Origin: an uncultured cyanobacterium
GTDB lineage: Bacteria; Cyanobacteriota; Cyanobacteriia; Cyanobacteriales; CAWCAG01
Length of the DNA stretch: 64,000 nucleotides
Assembly (NCBI GenBank): GCA_963803805.1
Contig: CAWDOD010000005.1
Coordinates: forward strand, 1 to 64,000
Direction of reading: 5' to 3'
Below are positions 60,422 to 64,000 of the stretch, piece after piece; within the stretch, counting starts at the first letter, position 1; every line of letters begins with the position of its first letter. A program made the position numbers and the translations under genes. The notes under the pieces were generated by a model. It did no database searches. It was not told the origin of the DNA and worked only from the letters and a program-made list of their open reading frames with translations.

Positions 60422-61084
60422 TTATTGCCACAGTTTGCCTAGGGGAGATTGATTGAGCCAATTAATGAACTGGGTTTGTTCATTATCTGGCATATCTTCT
60501 AGGATTTCTGCCACTCCTTCAGCAAAATTATCGTTACCGAAATATTCTTTACCTAAACGATGAAGTTCTTGTAAAAGAGTAATTAAGTGATGTTCTTCCC
60601 AAGGAGGTATGGGGAGATTAGTTAAAGGATCAATAGTTAAGAGGTCGTTGACCGCTTTAGGAGAATCAGCTTGGGGAAACTTCCACTGTTGAAACACATT
60701 GGCAAGATCCTGCTGAAACAGTTTCGCTTGTCTTCCTCCCAACAAATCTTCAACATCAATATAAACAGTTTGAAGCAAAAGCAGACAAGCTTGAGTAAAG
60801 GGAATAACCACTTTACCCCCACCGCCAGCATCATCTCCCAACTGCTCTAGGTTAACTTTACCCCAGATGCTATGGCGTTCTGGTTCTTCGAGTAAAACAC
60901 AGAATTTGCCTTGATTATCTGTGAGGTCACGCCAGAAGTTTTTAGCTTCTTCAGCTTGACTAGCAGGGAAAGCTTTAATTAAACGAAATGTTTGTCCCTG
61001 ATAATTGAGAATGGGAATTTGCTGATCTCGCTTTGGGTGCTGAATGCTAGAGATTTCAACATCCTGCCTTTTAAGAATAAACAT
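60422..61084 (-). CDS. Conserved cyanobacterial protein (Npun_F0813-like)
   Basis: MFILKRQDVEI...ILNYQGQTFRLI...FWRDLTDN.GK.CVLLEE N-terminus. Confidence 0.7.
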   Translation of the reverse strand: MFILKRQDVEISSIQHPKRDQQIPILNYQGQTFRLIKAFPASQAEEAKNFWRDLTDNQGKFCVLLEEPERHSIWGKVNLEQLGDDAGGGGKVVIPFTQACLLLLQTVYIDVEDLLGGRQAKLFQQDLANVFQQWKFPQADSPKAVNDLLTIDPLTNLPIPPWEEHHLITLLQELHRLGKEYFGNDNFAEGVAEILEDMPDNEQTQFINWLNQSPLGKLWQ

Positions 61085-61380
61085 GATACTAGCAAATGAC
61101 TCCTGACAGGATCGACAGGGTTAAGGGGATAACCTAGTTTAAGTTAACCAACCTACCCTCTGTTTTTAAATGTCATAGCGTAACTGCCCAGATTGATAAT
61201 CTAACAGTTTCAAGCCCTATGTTATAACCTATACTATTTAAGCAACTGTTATGGTTTGGTTTTTAGTTTAACTTGACATTAGGCAAGCTGAAGCGAATCA
61301 ATTAGAAAACTATAGTAGTAAAAAAATTGCTTTATCCTACTTGACACAGATACAATGCCTGATGAGGATAATTCAAGTTT

Positions 61381-61454
61381 GGGTGCGTAACTCAGGTGGA
61401 TAGAGTAGCGGACTTCTAATCCGTTTGTCGTAGGTTCGAGTCCTACCGCACCCG
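61381..61454 (+). tRNA. tRNA-Arg (anticodon UCU)
   Basis: Acceptor stem GGGTGCG/CGCACCC, anticodon arm GCGGA-CTTCTAA-TCCGT, T-arm GTAGG-TTCGAGT-CCTAC; CCA not encoded. Confidence 0.95.
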
Positions 61455-61700
61455 TTGACCACAAATTTATTATTCTTCTTAGAATCTTTTAATTGAGGGG
61501 CAATTCCTCAACGAATCAGTACATCTAGGCAACTTTTCTGCAATAATCTAATACAGAAGATGTAAACCTTTTTAAAGACAAAGATTGTCATAATCTTGCT
61601 AGATCCTTGCTAGCTGTACATTTGTCATCAAAGGAAAATTAAGAATATTTGAGGATTAACTCAGAATTCTTTACATAAGTATATAGTTTATAGTTTAGTT

Positions 61701-62243
61701 ATGGCTCAACTTTCTGGTTCCTCCGATGTCCCTGGTATGGGACGTAGGCAATTTATGAATCTTCTGACTTTCGGGTCAGCCACTGGCGTAGCTTTGGGTG
61801 CGCTTTACCCTGTAGTTAAATATTTTACTCCTCCTTCTAGCGGCAGTGCTGGAGGGGGTGTTACAGCGAAGGATGCTTTAGGTGATGATGTTTCCGCTAG
61901 TGAATTCGTTGCCACTCATAACCCTGGCGAACGGGAATTAGCCCAAGGATTAAAGGGCGATCCTACCTATATTGTGATTACTGAAGACAACACTATTGCT
62001 AACTATGGTATTAGTGCTGTTTGTACTCACCTGGGTTGTGTTGTGCCTTGGAATGTTAATGAAGGCAAGTTTATTTGTCCTTGTCACGGTTCCCAATATA
62101 ATTCTGAAGGCAAAGTGGTTAGGGGACCTGCCCCCTTGTCCTTAGCTTTAGCCCATGCTGATGTTACTGAAGACGATAAGGTTGTCTTTAGTCCTTGGAA
62201 AGAAGAGGATTTCCGTACAGGTAAAAAACCCTGGTGGTCTTAA
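61701..62243 (+). CDS. petC: Cytochrome b6f Rieske iron-sulfur subunit
   Basis: Tat motif GRRQFM; CTHLGC and CPCHGS. Confidence 0.97.
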   Translation: MAQLSGSSDVPGMGRRQFMNLLTFGSATGVALGALYPVVKYFTPPSSGSAGGGVTAKDALGDDVSASEFVATHNPGERELAQGLKGDPTYIVITEDNTIANYGISAVCTHLGCVVPWNVNEGKFICPCHGSQYNSEGKVVRGPAPLSLALAHADVTEDDKVVFSPWKEEDFRTGKKPWWS

Positions 62244-62341
62244 AGCATCCTCATGAATTGGCGATCGCTAGTCATGGATCGCTGAAATTAATTTTTAAAA
62301 TTGACTAATTTTTCTAACTCTTGATTTTTTTTTGCTTGCAG

Positions 62342-63328
62342 ATGAGAACACCTTCATTATCAGTAATTTGGCGAACTGGTAAGCAGACCATGATCAGAAC
62401 AATCTTAGCTGTTGCAGCTTTTGCTTTGTTGTTCGCTGGTATTTTTGCTTACCCCAACTCGGCAGCAGCCTATCCCTTTTGGGCGCAGCAAACCGCCCCA
62501 GAAAGCCCCCGTGAAGCCACCGGGAGAATTGTTTGTGCCAACTGTCACTTGGCAGAAAAAGAGGCGGAGGTTGAACTTCCTCTTGCTGTAGCCCCAGACA
62601 CTGTATTTGAAGCAGTGGTTAAAATTCCTTATGACCTAAGTTCCCAACAAGTTTTGGGAGATGGGTCTAAAGGTGGTTTGAATGTGGGTGCGGTTTTGAT
62701 GTTACCGGAAGGCTTCAAAATCGCTCCTCCAGAAAGACTATCTGAAGAACTCACTGAAAAAACTAGTGGAGTTTATTATCAAACTTATACCTCAGAACAA
62801 GAAAATGTTGTTCTAGTCGGCCCTTTACCTGGTGAAGAACATCAAGAAGTTGTCTTTCCCATTCTTTCTCCTGATCCTGCCCAGGATAAGAATATTCATT
62901 TTGGTAAATATGCTGTTCATTTAGGAGCAAATCGTGGTAGAGGTCAAATTTACCCCACTGGCGATGCTAGCAATAATAACGTTTATAAATCTTCTAAAGC
63001 CGGTACAATTTCTCAAATTGCTAAAGAAGAAGGAGCCGGTTATCAAGTTAGTATTGAAACCTCTGACGGTGAAACTGTAGTAGAAACCATTCCTGTCGGG
63101 CCAGAATTAATTGTTGCTGAAGGACAGGAAGTAGCAGTAGGAGAAGCCTTAACTACTAATCCTAATGTGGGTGGTTTTGGTCAAGAAGATAGTGAAATCG
63201 TCTTACAAGACCCCACTCGTATTAAGTGGTTGATGGTTTTCTTTGGTGGTATTATGCTGACTCAAATCTTCTTGGTTATTAAGAAGAAACAAATAGAAAG
63301 AGTTCAAGCAGCAGAAATGAATTTCTAG
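62342..63328 (+). CDS. petA: Apocytochrome f
   Basis: Signal peptide, then YPFWAQ...CANCH; C-terminal TM and KKKQ; likely ATG at 62342. Confidence 0.97.
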   Translation: MRTPSLSVIWRTGKQTMIRTILAVAAFALLFAGIFAYPNSAAAYPFWAQQTAPESPREATGRIVCANCHLAEKEAEVELPLAVAPDTVFEAVVKIPYDLSSQQVLGDGSKGGLNVGAVLMLPEGFKIAPPERLSEELTEKTSGVYYQTYTSEQENVVLVGPLPGEEHQEVVFPILSPDPAQDKNIHFGKYAVHLGANRGRGQIYPTGDASNNNVYKSSKAGTISQIAKEEGAGYQVSIETSDGETVVETIPVGPELIVAEGQEVAVGEALTTNPNVGGFGQEDSEIVLQDPTRIKWLMVFFGGIMLTQIFLVIKKKQIERVQAAEMNF

Positions 63329-63355
63329 TTAGTTCTTTTTCAGGGAAGTTATGGG

Positions 63356-63382
63356 GGACAGGCTAATTACCTGTCCTTTTTT
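63356..63382 (+). terminator. Rho-independent terminator of petCA
   Basis: GGACAGG/CCTGTCC stem followed by a T run. Confidence 0.75.
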
Positions 63383-63972
63383 TATCGAAAAACATAAAAC
63401 CTCAAATAGGCGATCGCGGCTAAAATATCTAAGATAATTAGCAGAACTTTAGCAGGTAGAGAATGAAGAATTGTCCAAACCCAAGGAGTAACTAAAAGTA
63501 CCAACGTTAACTCCCCAAAAGCAGCAATATTGCCGTAATGTTGCGGGTCCCAGTAGGAAACAGGACTGATGAAGCGATAATTGCTAAAAGGGAAAAAATG
63601 GCGATGGGCATCGTCGTTGTGCAAAGGGAAATCCGCAAGGCAATGTAACAGGATACTGGCAAAGGCGATGCCGCCAGCTTGCCAGTGACAAGCCAGGCAA
63701 ATTAGCAATCCTATTAAGGCTATAGGGAAAGAGTGAAACAGAGAAATAATATTTTGCCAAAAGGGTTGATAATAAGCTTCTGACCAAATTTCGCTTTCTG
63801 GCAACCCTTGGATGAATTTAGCAACAAAATAGAAAATAAAAATGGGGGCATCGGGGATAATTGCCCCCAAAGTAATAGCAATATTTTCTTGAGGAGAAAT
63901 AGTTTTGCCTAAAAGAGCAAGATTAACTATATAGTGGCTAGGAGTATTCACTGTTTTTGATAAGCTTCTCAA
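63382..63972 (-). CDS. Membrane-bound metal-dependent hydrolase-like protein
   Basis: NTPSH, GAIIPD, LFHS and LHCLADFPLHNDDAHRH motifs; true start probably the GTG of VNTPSH. Confidence 0.7.
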   Translation of the reverse strand: MRSLSKTVNTPSHYIVNLALLGKTISPQENIAITLGAIIPDAPIFIFYFVAKFIQGLPESEIWSEAYYQPFWQNIISLFHSFPIALIGLLICLACHWQAGGIAFASILLHCLADFPLHNDDAHRHFFPFSNYRFISPVSYWDPQHYGNIAAFGELTLVLLVTPWVWTILHSLPAKVLLIILDILAAIAYLRFYVFR

Positions 63973-64000
63973 AATAAATTATTAAGTTAGTCCCGCCAAA

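Noticed and set aside
61381..61454. tRNA-Arg as an integration site
   Set aside because: No duplicated tRNA 3' end or integrase was seen, and the flanks are core genes

Overview
Cyanobacterial chromosomal segment. The assignment rests on roughly 30 HIP1 GCGATCGC octamers counted by eye, ndhB/ndhS, petC-petA, a CAAD/CurT-family gene and short tandem repeats. The backbone is housekeeping: 5' part of ftsY, nusB, pgl, ndhB, topA, a GAF-GAF-PAS adenylate cyclase, pgk, gpgS/gpgP, ileS, mutS2, dtd, thiO, cutA, tRNA-Arg(UCU) and petCA. Accessory DNA falls in five patches. (1) A gene-fragment graveyard at 6.1-6.9 kb. (2) An intact ABC-ATPase + DUF4435/TOPRIM pair resembling the PARIS anti-phage system at 25.8-28.1 kb. 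(3) A GTAG-REP cluster at 31.3-31.8 kb. (4) A 4-Cys micro-ORF and an orphan IS200/IS605 right end (tnpB tail/omegaRNA) at 33.8-34.1 kb. (5) A HIP1-free decaying island at about 36.5-45.2 kb. It holds one Uma2 gene split by three different IS elements (IS66, ISL3, IS982; all TIRs and 8-bp TSDs visible), a ~1000-aa SNF2-type helicase broken by one extra base, a DUF433 antitoxin whose PIN toxin has collapsed to 19 codons, and an HsdR_N-like nuclease. Elements absent from the ORF track include a Yfr2-like sRNA with a consensus promoter and an NtcA-type promoter ahead of gpgS. No CRISPR array was found. All family assignments come from motif recognition; no database searches were run.
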